A stretch of DNA of 63,328 bases, the filler included, from Choristocarpus tenellus KU-1152 (Eukaryota > Protista > Phaeophyceae): NCBI GenBank assembly GCA_964200185.2. It is 12 parts of 12 records of this genome, joined end to end, with 100 filler letters (N's around TTAATTAATTAA, not from the genome) between each part and the next. Parts side by side here need not be neighbours in the genome. Positions count along the whole stretch, not along the records: positions 1 to 10,678 come from CAXNAD020002792.1; positions 10,779 to 13,678 come from CAXNAD020023801.1; 10 more parts are not named here. The stretch is one strand, 5' to 3'. Under the pieces are notes generated by a model, which was not told where the DNA came from, did no database searches, and saw nothing but the letters and a program-made list of their open reading frames with translations. A program made the translations under genes and the position numbers. Numbering within the stretch: position 1 is the first letter of the stretch; each line of letters opens with the position of its first letter. This document shows positions 1-13,078 of the stretch, in pieces.

Positions 1-497
1 GGGGGGGGGAGGGGGGGGGGGGGAGGGGGGGGAGGGGGGCAGTGGAGGAAGATAGTGTGGCAGGGGCTGCAGCAGCTCCTGATGTATCTACTGGCCATGG
101 GACAATGGATACTGTTCCTGAGGCAGACATGAAAGCAGGAGGAATGGCAAGGCGTGGGGTTGATGAATTGGGTGGGTTGGGTTCAGTGCCTGGTGGGAGT
201 GGTATGGTTGTTGGGGGAGGAGCACGAAATGTAAGGATGGAAAGGAAAGCCAAGACCAAGGGGAAGGAGAGGGCATCTCCACCATCTAGTTCAAAGGTCA
301 GTTCAGCAGGTGTTTTGTGGATATCGGTGGGTTGTTGGGTGGTACTTGGAGGGGCAAATTGGAGTCTGATGTGAAGTGTATGTTGAATAGTGTTTGGTAG
401 GATTAGAATTAGAACCATGTAGTAGTAATTGCGTAATTTTGGGTTATGTGTGAGGTTGGTTTTCCTGGAGGGGGGGGAAGGGAAGGTGACTATTTTA

Positions 498-531
<34 letters not shown>

Positions 532-1502
532 GCTATCAATATGCTGTCGATGATTGTAGTCCTGGCTTGTGGTATTCTGTCCATGGTTGACTGGAAGCTC
601 TTTTATATTGGGCTTGTTAACCTATACTGTACAGGTTCAGGATGCTCTGTATGTGCTACAATATGGTTCATATTCCTTGGATTTTTTCAGGACTGAACTT
701 GATTCACTGGTGGTGTATATACTGTTGATGCAGTTAGCATTATCGGAACTTGATTGGCTTTTACTTACATGACAAACTTTGATCTTTTGGAACAATACTG
801 AAATGTGTTGTACAAACCACTGTTATTCAAATTGCTACTAATACGTATTATTAATTCATACCGTTAATATCAAAATATTAATAGTCGGGTGCCAGGATTT
901 AAACTCACAGGAGATTTGCAAATCTTTTTGTTGTTTAAACTAAAGAAGTCCTAACCCTAACCCTAAGAACAAGGATGAGTATGATCCTGGCTACATGATG
1001 AGAAGTTACTACTAACTTGACTCTAGTCCCTAAAAGTCTTTTTAGTAGTAGAATTGAAAATTATCTACAATGTTTATAATACTAGTGGTGCAGTACAGTT
1101 CCTGCTGAAGCTGTGTCTTGAACATTCTAGCAGATGTGTTACAGAATTGGACAAAACATATACACATGCAAACACTGCATCTAATTACTCTGCTATAAAT
1201 AAAAATATAAACATACTCTAATGGAGCTGTATATAACAATAATATTAACATACCCTAATGAACCTGTACATATATTAGGCGATAAGTCCTGCTTGCTGTT
1301 TGTATTTTTGTTGTTGATGCAAAGCAAAACAAAAATAAAAAATTGTACACAGTCAAGAATTTAGACCAAAGGAAAGCTTCCTAAGTTGTGCAAGGTTTTT
1401 TGGAGACTTAATACACAGTCCTTTACCGCTTATTGAACTCAGAAAGGTTCAAACTTCGGTTTGTTGTTGGCAGTGCACCCCTCTGTATTGCACCTCAGTC
1501 CA

Positions 1503-1504
<2 letters not shown>

Positions 1505-1534
<30 letters not shown>
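1505..1534 (+). repeat. (GA)n microsatellite
   Basis: Visible; others at 41043-41088 (GA), 39545-39582 (TA) and 39735-39760 (GGAT). Confidence 0.95.
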
Positions 1535-1536
<2 letters not shown>

Positions 1537-2022
1537 ACTCTAGAGTCTTACATAAGTTGAAGTTAAGGCCATGACTGCAATGGACTCGGACTTAGGTATT
1601 CCAAGCTCTGCTGCGTGTTCTCTTTGGCCCTCTGGCACACATGGAGGTCACCATCTTGCAACCGGCTTGTCTGAACTTTGTCCAATATCGTTTATTGAAA
1701 AAAAAAGTTCAAATGGTCATTGGGTAGAAATGAAAGATAGAAGTATCATCCACTGTGTAAATATGAGGGCATCTACAGGAGCAACACCACGTATACCATA
1801 ATTGTGGACATACAAAATGAGAGTCATGAGAGAGGGAGTACATGCACTGCATTCAGAGCTGGTAACAGTGGGCAGGTGTAGAGTTGAATGTGGTTAGAGG
1901 GTGTTGTTGTCAGGACCCTCAAGACAAGACCCGGTAGTGGTGAGATGGAGACAGATAACTCTGTTTTATAATATGAACTATGTGTATAGTTGAAATATTA
2001 CAATTGATGTTATGTGCATTAG

Positions 2023-2182
2023 TGAAATAATTGGTACTATTGTGTGTATAAATGAAATAGTTGGTACTATTGTGTGTATAAATGAAATAGTTGGTACTAT
2101 TGTGTGTAAGTGAAATAATCGTTATTGTGTGTATTGATAAAATAATTGGTACTATTGTGTGTATAAATGAAATAATCGTTAC
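2023..2182 (+). repeat. ~30-bp minisatellite (GAAATAATTGGTACTATTGTGTGTATAAAT) x5
   Basis: Directly visible tandem copies. Confidence 0.9.
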
Positions 2183-2430
2183 TTCTAAGAATAGTGCGGA
2201 ACGAGACAAGTGATAAAGAGAACTTCTAACCCTAACCCAAGACAGGTGCCTGGGACTATTAAGGGGCAATTTGTGGGAAAAATATTATTTTTCTATTGCT
2301 ATTATTATTATTATTATAGTACCTGTCGATACAGGTGATGTGGTGGGTATTTGTAACTATTGTGATAGTGCTTGCCCTTCCTTTAATAGCTACGGCAGTA
2401 AGCATTGATTGTATTGGTAGTTTATTGTAG

Positions 2431-2466
2431 AGGGTTAAGGTTAGGGTTTAGGGTTAGGGTTAGGGT
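2431..2466 (+). repeat. Interstitial telomere-like (TTAGGG)n
   Basis: agggttaaggttagggtttagggttagggttaggg; also (CCCTAA)3 at ~950-966. Confidence 0.8.
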
Positions 2467-5400
2467 GTACCTTGCTTGTTCTCTTCTGTCTCTGTACTTA
2501 TTTGAGAGAGATTGAAAACAGAAACATTTTCATACTTGCATCATAATGGGTCTATAATAGAAAATTAAAAGAAGTCTTGCATTTTGCTGTTGTGGAATTA
2601 GGTGATTCACAGGAGATACATCTACTAATATCCCCCATTTCAGGCAGATATCACATGTTGTAAGAACAGAATAATAGCTGGGCGGAGATATTTTTTTTTG
2701 TAAGGAAATATTGTAAATGATATTGTAGTTTGAAACTTTCACTGAACAAATGGTATGCGCTAGGAGCATCAGGAAGAAACCTCATGGGCGATCGACTCTG
2801 ATGCCGCTGTCATTAACATTCCTCTCCTTGCGTATGCTAAGGTTAAGGCTATTGAGCCACACGCAACTGATTCTCACCCCTCATGCCTATTGCCTTGCTA
2901 ATGTGTGCGCAACAAGACCAGTTTGGGCCACTTCTGGAGATACCAGTTGTATAATTGGTAGGAATGTTGTGTACTTGGACACCGTCTCAGGGATGCATTC
3001 AGCAGGTACATCATGGTATAGGTCCACTAAAACCGGTAGCAGTCAAGGGTCTTTCACTGGTACATCACTACTACAGTGTGGTTCTGCAGGTACAGGTACA
3101 GTATGGTATTGGACTGGGAACCTGCACCTGTACCTGTACCTGTCAGTCTGGCCTTGGATTCAAACCAGGACTTGGTACAATTGTGATATAAGATTTGGAT
3201 GTGAACCTCACACCATGTGAGGAGTGTCCTACCTGTCATACCTGATGAACCCAATTAACTATGGGATCAGATCTGAACCAGTGGGCATGTCACAGGCAAC
3301 CTAGTGCTGTGAGCATGCTGCCATTTTACTGGTGAATTGGCATCACACTTCCATTCTGCTGGTCACTTGATAGCACTTTGTAGTGTTTTTGATGATATCA
3401 TGGGTCAAACCTTGTCAGCGCCAAGGTAACGAATATACCCCCAAAAATTGTTGGACTGACGATTTTGAGGCAAAATCAGAGATTTCCTCTGATTGAAATT
3501 GGAGGTGTTGGTGGCAAGAATAATATGCTGTCAACAAAAAAAATCTGTGCTTCTTGCCAGAACTCATAGGTTATGGTGGTTGGTACTTGGAGGTGACACA
3601 TAGTCTGTGGTCAGTACCCAGTACTCATACTACCCACAGTCAAAGGGTGGGTTCCATTATTATGCGGGACACATGCTGTGGGAAGATAGTACAGAATATG
3701 CTATGTGGGAGGATGCTTCAGAAGATATGATCTGTGATTGTGAAAGAGCGATTGTTCCCCCAAAGTAATTACCCCCGACCAGGCCCCCAACTGGAGGGTT
3801 TGGCATAGTTGTGGGGTGTTCCATATGTGCCACTTGGTAATCCATGCCCAGTGAGTGGAGGGTTGGTGGCTGTCTATACTGCAGCCGACACACTCAAACA
3901 AATCATTTGGTGTGTTGCCCATCCTGCCAACGCGGACAGTTACTTGGTACCCTGATCAGCACATGCATCTTTATGCAGGCACGAACAACCTTGGCAAGTT
4001 GAATTGGCAACGTGTAGGCATCATGAGCACTTTGTGGACCTATGTGATCTTTGTTTGTTACGGAATCTGTGTAACATTTGCTCAGACCTGGACCTGGCTA
4101 GGTTCAATTTGGACCTGAACTCAGTCCTGTGCCATTGGTAAGTCCTAGACATACCTCAGACCCAGTGGGGTGATCTCAGACATGTACCCAGTGTTAATAC
4201 TGTCCTTAGACCTCAACCCGAACCCAAAACTGTGGCTGACATTGAGGCTTTTGTACCTCTGTGTGGTGGTTCTAAACGTCCCATTCAGACAGTGGCTTAT
4301 TAGCTCCATGATGTGGGCATACACCGGACAGATCCTAGGTTGTTCTCAAGGAGACCAGGAGTAAATGAGTTTGGTTTTCGTTTTAGCAAGACATGCTCAA
4401 GGCAGGCGATGCCTGGTGTTGTACTAACTTAATTTAGCACCAAAACAGGCATGTATTCAGTCTCGACCCTAGTGACATTACTCTTTCATCCACGTGTATT
4501 AATTGGTAACAAATTATGAACCCTCTTCTGTCTTAACTAAGAGAGACTTGTCTATTTTTTTTTTGTGGCTGTTCTCATTTTCGAGCAAAATGAAAATATA
4601 TTTGTTGATACTATCCTTCCAGAATAAGGAAACTCACATTCAGGACTTTTTTCCCTGTTTTGTGGGGATGACTAAAAAGAAGTCCAAGGTTTGTTGCTCT
4701 TACAGCCACATCATTTTTGACAAGGCCAAGTCTTGACAGTACCTGCAGCAATCCGTGTCAAACCAGGATGGGTTTGTACTTGATAGTTGTGCCATGTTTG
4801 TTGGTGGGATAGGAGGACATTACAACCAGAAAAAAGATGAAGCGTACTTGAGACAACCTGAATTGTCACCCATCCATACTGTTGTGCCCAACTGACCAGT
4901 TTGACACAACATTTAGGAGGCTTATTTTTGCACTGTTTTGGACCACTTGGCTGGACAAAAGTTGCTGTGAAAATTCTGAGTGTCTCTCAGGTTGCAGTCT
5001 GAGTTCCTACTACTCCAGATGACCCTGGTCCGTATTGGGGTTCTGAATTGAGTCGAACCCTCTACTAGACAGTAGAAATAAGTGACTATCACAAGAGCGA
5101 CAAGGTTGTGGTTCAGACAAGACCTTTAGTGATGTGGGACTGTACCTTTTAGAAATACATCAACTGGGCTGTGATCCAGACATGACCTTTCATAAACCAC
5201 AGGGTCAGGGAGCAGACCAAAGCTTTCTTATAGATTGTACACCAGATAGTCCTGGTCAGAACACATGGGGTCAGACCCCTACATCACTCTGCCCTGACTA
5301 CAATGAGCGGCAGATCAGGGATGCAAACAAGGATCCAGTTTTCAGCTGCCCATTGGTGTTCCAGAGATATTGGAGATTGCTGCCTATGAAATGTGACAGA

Positions 5401-6299
5401 ATCAGCAGGCTGGTATGATGATATGACTTGCATCACTGATGGTCTGAGGTAAACACATGATACTGTTGGCAGTTTCTCTCACGAGTCGAATCATACTTGT
5501 ACTGTGTACTAAACTGCAGCCCAATTCACATGCCTGGATCAGATTGTAATGCGGAAAGAAGTAGTATTACATGGTAATTCCATGGTACCAAAGGATTCCG
5601 TCCCCAGACTTGAAACCGAACTTGTCCGTTTCACTTGGACCAGGCTAGGAATTAACTGGGCCGTAGTCAGAGCTGGGGCGTTTAGAAACTCATTGGACTG
5701 GGCCTTTGACATTAGCTAGGCCCTATGTAGAGCCCTTACCAATATGCTTGCAAGACAAACCCTCTCCAACCCTTTCTACTAACCACAACCCTAACCCCAA
5801 CACAGCTCTACCTGCACCTTTGCTTCATTTGCATTGGCTCCTTAGTCAAAATGCCTTTCCAAGAACAAGCAATCACACTTATACATGCACACATGTTCCT
5901 ACACCTAATTCTTATGCCGAGCCCCGCTACCTAGACAACCTTACACTTCTTTCCTTTGATTCTTCTGCCCCATTTATATGATAGATAATGCTGTTCGAAT
6001 TTCTGGTTAATTGTTTTTGCTTATGTTGGTCTTGAAATTGTAGTCAAAGAGGCAGGGTCATGGCCTTGCGCCAAGTTACAACATCAATGTCAAGAAAAGT
6101 CGACTGGAGAAACCAATTGCAGGCAGAGGAAGTGGGGCCACCAGCAACAAGGACAGCTCCAGGTGAGGCGGAAGCTTGATCCTAGAAAATAACGAGTTTG
6201 ATGTTGTGTGTATGAAAGGAATCATTACAAAACAGTGAATCATGAGACTTTTTTCCAACCTGTTCAAGGCAGCATCAATGTCACAAGAGAGGTGACAAA

Positions 6300-8700
6300 A
6301 TGTTAAATGAACCGTGTATTGAATAAAAAAACATTGTTAGCTGTGTTAGTGTCTGTATTTTTCCGCTGACGGGTTTGTATTGAAGTGGGAGTCAAATGTG
6401 CATTAGATGGACTCAGTAATGTTTTATCTGTTCCTTTCAGTTCAGGGTGTGATTGCAAGGGGACTCTCCTAGAGGTTCAATGCAACTGGCTGACTGAGTT
6501 TCTGGGTGGTTTGAAGGTTGCATTGTATGATATTTTTTTGAGCTCATTCCAAATGCCCTCCTTATCCTGAGGGTGTGGAGCTTGGTTGGCTGAATTATGT
6601 AATGTTTTTTGTGAATGTTTTTGTGGGGTGGCGACATTGGAAAGAATACAAACATACACATTTGATAGTAACTACATTTTGGTAATAAGGATGACAAAAT
6701 CGAAGGTTTGGTAACGGCTATGGTGCCCAAAGCAACATATATGGAATAGATTTTAATTTCACTGAATCGATCAGTCCTTGTTCCTTGTAGTCACCTAAAG
6801 TTTTGGCATTTTTCTTCTTGCATCCTGCCCTTCCCTCCCTCAACCAACCTCCCACTTGCCTCCAGCGTGCATGACCACCCAGGTCGATCCCTGGGTCAAA
6901 CCCACACTCTTATCCATGGACCAGGACCGGGACCAAGGTCGGGACCGGGACCGGGACCAGGACTGGTGTCAGGGCAAGACCAGGGCATTTGCAGCGTTGG
7001 GGTAGAGGAGGGTGACAGGATGAAAGGAGGTAGCAATAATGATGGCTCCGCCATTCGTACTTGGAGTACTGATAGGAGCGTGGGGGGTGGAGATGGGGGA
7101 AGTGCTAAGGGGGGAGGGGGGAATAGCATGGTTAGTTTAATAGGTTTGTGTGGAGATGGGAGTGGGTTAGGAAGAGAAGGGGCAAAGGTGAAGTGTTCTT
7201 CTCAAGGTGGCTCAAGTGCAGATGGGGCGAATGCAAGGGCACATTTGCTACGCTTGCCCCACATGTTCCCAGGAAAGGGGGCATCAGAAGGAATAGGTGA
7301 AGGAGAAGGAGGGCAAGTAAAGGATGAAGGCCAGAGAGGGTTGCATTTGTTGGCAACTTCTACCGAAATCAAAATGCCAGTGCAGGCAATGCCTAGGCGG
7401 GGACCAGGACCAGGACTAGAGTCAGGACCAGAGCCAAGGCTGGACCCAGGGTCGAATCCAGGGTCGGGGCCAGGATCAGGACAAGAGCACAGAGTACCAG
7501 GGAGTGGTTCACAGAAGGCGATTATGCCTTCAGGAGTTGAGGGACACTTGTTGGCAAGGTAATACTAAAGGGATTGTATGAGTCTGAGTTGTGTGGAAGG
7601 GAGGGTAGCAGATGCCTTATCTGCAAGCATGGTGTAAGTGTCATGAAGCTTGGTGAGAATTGTTTGATGTATGTGTTTTATGTGTTGATAGTTCTTTCTG
7701 TGGTTGCTGTATGTTGGTCTGTCTGTGTGCACCATCAGTTTTGCTTTTTGGGATAATGGTGCCTTGAGTGGGTGTGGCATAGTCATTGGGTGTTCCAACG
7801 CTTACTTGCTTGTGCGAGCCCAATATGTTAGTATTTGTCCTTGTGCATGTGTTTTTGCAGGTGTTTGTGTTTTTTTGACGTTGTCTCCTTGCAACATTTC
7901 CAAGGTGTCGTAAATGAGTAGGGTATGGCCTGCTGAACAACACAGACAGTTACCTGTTGAAGCTGTTCATGTCTGAGCGAACCCCTTTCCAGATTTGCCT
8001 AACAAATCTGCGCAACCTCATAGATGGGAATGAGAAGTTTGTAGTGTGTGTTGCACAGGGCAAGATGGGGTAGATGGTAGGGTGTATTTCCTTTCTTGCT
8101 TACCAGTGCACCCTGTCATTTTAGTGTATTACATCTCCAATTATTACTTGCATGGGCATCACCCTCACCTGATGTGGTGTTACATGTTTTGTGCTATATA
8201 TTGAATGACGTTTAGTTGCACACATGGCAGTGATAACTCGTAAAATTGTCTGGTAACTTCGAATGAATGTAATATTTCCACGAATTGACTTAATTTTATT
8301 AGTGCTATTTTTTCCGGAGAAGTGGGTGTTTTTTTTGTTGCGTTTCCATTCACACGTGATGTGCATCCCCTCATTATAGCTAGTTAGCTGTTGATGATGG
8401 CCATGACATAGTCTAGATGTTCGGTATGAAGTGTATCCATCCCTGGCAACAGTATACTAGATCCAGTATGTGGAAGAGGGTCCCATTCTGTGTAGTTTTC
8501 TGGTGTTAATGTGCTGACTGTGTCTTGCAGCACCCACGACTCCAATTTTCTTGACCAAGTGAACAACTTCTCACGTTTTTTCTGCTATTTGTCGGTCTAT
8601 GCAGACACCTGATGTACAGAAGTTTTCCTCAAATGATGTTCTTGACTACCACACAGGGGATGATCATTATTGGGTGTTTTTGGTTGGGATTTTGATTTAC
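6300..8700 (-). mobile_element. Highly decayed LINE-like remnant (APE endonuclease to RT start)
   Basis: Ordered weak motif echoes on the minus strand: LLYIRCL (NIRGL), VLQDT (LQET), SDMN (GDFN), SNH (SDH), then IQTLTQLT (YRPISLL); many stops. Confidence 0.3.
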
Positions 8701-10678
8701 TGATCTTTTGACTTGTTCAGCTGGTTGTGATTTTCTTGGTGGTAGACCAGTTTGAGTCGTTGTTTTTCTACCGAGAATACCATTGGTGGTAGGATTAGTA
8801 AGTTATTCGTATGGATTTCTCTTTTGCTTGCATTCTATTCAGTGTGCCGTGTGTGAGTGGTAGGAAGGGATAAAAACTGTACCATTGATGGTGGGTAGTA
8901 AACGCACATACATCGTTGTCAACTCACTGAAATGGCTCTGTGAGGGGAATGGTAACTAGGTGGGGGAAATGACACACAGAACACACATAATATGAAGTAA
9001 CATAGTATGTACACACTACAATATTATTATAATCCTCTCAATGTTGTATATGGAACTCCCCAAAATGAATGAGCTTGGTACGAACAACCACTTTGAAGGA
9101 GGTTTCAATTTATCTAAAGTCTTCTTGCACATGTAATCAATGTCTTCAGCAGGCTACAAGTAAATACTCAAGTACACCAGACAGAGTGGAAGTAACTTTG
9201 TATTCCGTCAAGTGGTAAGATACCTATTTTTTGCTCAAATAGTAAAAATGATTTATTATGTACGGTACAAAATACGTTTTTGTCCAAAACAGGTTTGCTG
9301 TTAGTAATACTTTGAACTAAATCATATTTGACAGTGTCCTTCATCGCTCTGCAATGTTTTTTGTCCAGTAAACCTTCAAGCCCATTTTCTATTTATGTAC
9401 ATTGTCCAAATATCAACAGAGCTGTTAGTTCAATAACAGTTGTATGGGGTGATCCACTTCTTATGCTCTCAGATTTTGAGCCAACGAAAATGAGAGGTAC
9501 CGAGGTTTTGGGCGTTTTGTATTCTTAACCAGATTTTTTTGTCTTTCATAATTCACTCATATTTCGGTGGATGAATTGTCGACCTCGACTTGACAATAGT
9601 GACATCTGTATTATTTGAAAAAAATCGACACAATCCAGAAGTACCCTACATGCATTTGTAAAATAGGAAAATTTTGTATATATTTGTCAGCATCCTTAAA
9701 TTGCAATTCTGGGTACCTCTCATTTGCTTTGACTCACCACAATCCACCTAATAAAGCTCTTTCTGTGGTTGTGTCAAATTGCTTCTTTTGCCCTTTCTCG
9801 GCATCCTTACATTGCAATCAATCCTGCCTACATCTCAGTTGGTTCACTCACTCATACAACCTATGTTTGTATGTAGCGCTTCCTTGTACTCCATCACTCA
9901 AGTGTAATCTCAAATAAACATCTCATGTTCGTCTTGCAGGTACATCAACCAGTTCTTCTTCTGTCCACCTTGCTTTCATTTTCTACTTGCAACTTCCCCA
10001 AACAACACATCATCCCCAATGCATGTAGCTGACCCCACGAACAGGAGTCTTCATTTCCACACAGTTGGCCACCTCAATGCTGCCACCGCCAGTCTTCACA
10101 GGGAGATTGCATTGACCTCTCCCAGCTCTTTCTCACTAACCCCAACCAATGCTTGCTTGGGACTAAATTAATCTTGATTGTCCTAAACATGCTGCTTGGG
10201 CTCACTCCTTATCATCAGCATCGCTTTGATATCTGGCTGACTTCCTGGCTGCAAGTAACCCTTGTGTCCCCAACACAGTCAGGAGAGGATTCACTATCTC
10301 TTCCACAACATCAATGCCCTGCCCTTCTCACAGGAATCACAAGAATAGTGGAAGCACGAGCGCGATTGGTTCATTCTTAGATGAGAGCACATCCTACTCT
10401 GTATGACCCCTCGAGAAGAGCATAGCAGAAGAAGTCTACTCTTTTCATCTACTTTTGTGCATTCGCCTCGTTTCCTCCGATCCTGAATAATATATATCCT
10501 CCACTGTGAGCGAGGGGATGGAAGGAAAGGGATCAAGACAATAAAGGGATAAGTGGCAAGAGAGTGGTGCAGCCTGGGCACAAGTCAGCATGGCACCAAT
10601 CTACCAACCATAACCCTAAGGCCATGCATCAAGAACTTGCCATTGGAGCAGTGCGGCTCAAAGTATCTGGGAGGGGGG

Positions 10679-10778
10679 NNNNNNNNNNNNNNNNNNNNNN
10701 NNNNNNNNNNNNNNNNNNNNNNTTAATTAATTAANNNNNNNNNNNNNNNNNNNNNNNNNNNNNNNNNNNNNNNNNNNN
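10679..10778. other. Artificial contig spacer (N44-TTAATTAATTAA-N44)
   Basis: Six-frame-stop linker. Identical spacers at 13679, 17143, 20437, 23946, 29846, 36649, 41337, 44597, 56404 and 59446 (each 100 bp). Confidence 0.98.
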
Positions 10779-10854
10779 CCCCCCCCAACATACCTTGAAC
10801 CAGGGGCAAACACAGACGCCGGCCCCCCCCCCCCCCCCAGATACTTTGACCCAC

Positions 10855-11330
10855 TGTTAGAACCCCGGAAGTATGGAACAGTTGACATCTGTCAAACATA
10901 CAAGCATATTATGTACCATACAAGCTGTCCCAGATATTGATTCAAGTTTGTTTCTTTGTTTTTTGGTCTTCACATCAGAACCATCAGTAGTATCTCATAC
11001 GTTGATTATTATTTTTCTCTAGTTGGCTTCCCCCTTCTTAGATCTTAAGTTCACTCTTTACTAAGTGTACCTCACAATATATTCAGAGATAAACATCCAC
11101 AAAACCTTCTTCACAAGGTGGCAAGCCTCTACACAGAGCATGAATCTATTCCTTGAATGTATCGAGGAATACCCTACATCACTGTACCCGGTAACCTCTG
11201 ACTGTGTACAAAGCATACCACTAGGTTTCTTCAGTATGAATTCACCGGTGGTTCATTGTACTATGACACCCCTTCTCCACAACCAACCTCCCACTGTACA
11301 AGACCATGATTCGTTCAATCCTAGGTTTCA
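10855..11330 (+). mobile_element. Putative 5' LTR of copia family 2
   Basis: TGTTAG...TTTCA immediately followed by PBS GGTTATGAGCC (11331-11341); left boundary tentative. Confidence 0.6.
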
Positions 11331-11977
11331 GGTTATGAGCCTCACACGATTCCCTTTTGCTAAATATGTTCATCATGTAACCCACCAGCAGCCCGTGGTG
11401 ACAACCCTTTCCTGCACAAGCTATTCAACGTTCTATTGGACCCCACCTCCCACTGGCCCACCTCCTCCTGTCTCAGCCCACTCTGCCACTCCCACCCTTG
11501 CCTCACCAGCCCTCCCTAACAGCTGGGGCAAGACTCCCACGGGTATTACTCGTACTGCTTCCCTGTAATTACCTCAAGCGCCCTTCATGCCCACAGCACC
11601 CACAGCACCTCCACCTCCTCCATTGTCGACTTGGACTGCACAGCCCACATGGTTGATGTTAGAGAGTCAAAGCATATAAGAGGGTAGGGCCACCTCCGTT
11701 TATTGTCCAAAATCGAATGTTGCAATTGTAATGAATTTTGGCTATCGCGTTTATTAGCACGTGTCAATATCCTTGCTCCAGACAAACCTTTCATAGTCGT
11801 ATGCATTTACCTACTCCGAGATATCTAGAAAACCGAAAAAGGGCATAAAAAAAACGTGGGTAGGGGCTCAAAGTATCTGGTGGGGATGGTGACTGTCCAT
11901 TCGGGTCCATTTTTCCATGTCGCGATTTTTGGGATAGATAATGTAATTACACTTCTCCTGGCCAGGGCCCAAATAGA

Positions 11978-13078
11978 TGTTACAGGCGAATAGCGCGAGC
12001 ATTTCTTCCCATGTTTTAGCAAACACGAACATTTGTGACAGATGTACAGTGCGAGTATTTTATTATGATACCCTCTGACATTTTGCAGATGTGTCAGGGG
12101 GGAAACCATTGAAAACTATACATATGTGGTTATTAGCCCTAAAGAAATAAAGTATCCTAAACAAAAGAACACTATAAAACTTTGTAAGTGAAGAAACCAC
12201 CAATCTATCAGTTACTTCACCACTATCAGATATTGTACAACTGTCTTCCTTTGCTTCCAACCTACCTACTCCTGTGCCCCGGGGGGGGGAGCTAGGGTGT
12301 TACAGTGCGAGTATTGTTTCTCGCGTTCTAACAAGTAAGTGCAAACAATGTACGGTATTAGTAACACATAGGTAGCCTTACAGAATAAATGATGATTTCA
12401 TAGAAGATACAGAGTAAGATTCGGAATGCATACATAAAATTTGTCAAAGTCCCTAAGAAGTTGCAGAATGAAGGTTTATGATTGGAGTACGTGTAGAGCA
12501 GTTGCATAGAAGACCAAAGAAATTGGGTCGATGATGAAAATAATAAGAGGGCTTGTGGTTAAACGATCAGCCTTTTTTACCTTCAGTCTTATCTTTATCT
12601 TGAACGAAACTTTGAGTCGAGCTTTAAGCTAAGCACTGAGTGGAATATCAAGAAGAGAAGGACACCTGACACCCTACAAACTGTTATCAAGGGCAACGCC
12701 CCCATAGCGTCGTTTTAAGGTCGGAGTGAAAGTATCTTAAAGGGTACGAGTTTTGCCCTGTTTGTCCATTTGGGGCTTGGCTTCCCATGGGTCCTTTAAT
12801 GACATTTTCATACTCCAAAATGTTTTGGAGTAGTAGGTAAAATGTAAATGTTTTGGAAAGGTGTGTCCGAAACATAGATATTGGCACTTCCTAACAAATA
12901 CCATAGCCAAAATTACATCAAAATATCAACATTGGATTTAGACCCCCCAAATGGACGCGGCGTTACCCTCTATGATACATTGGGTCGTCGTTGGATTTGA
13001 GTTGTACATCCTGTGGAGGTGAGTTCTGAGGGGCCTACTGTAGCATGGAGGTCCTACCGAGACTTCCACCCTGTAACA
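11978..13078. mobile_element. TG..CA element (solo LTR/TRIM or Ginger-like) with 4-bp TSD
   Basis: Termini TGTTACAGG / CCTGTAACA, flanked by TAGA on both sides. Confidence 0.75.
12724..12986 (+). mobile_element. MITE-A
   Basis: TIRs present; TSD GTCG. Confidence 0.9.

Noticed and set aside
6867-7562. 231-aa Gly/Pro-rich ORF
   Set aside because: Open frame explained by GGACCA-type hexamer low complexity in a decayed region; no domain support
8115-8382. Possible Helitron 3' end (short hairpin plus CTAG)
   Set aside because: Weak hairpin, single copy, undefined 5' end
10723-10734. Recurrent palindrome TTAATTAATTAA
   Set aside because: Artificial scaffolding linker inside N runs
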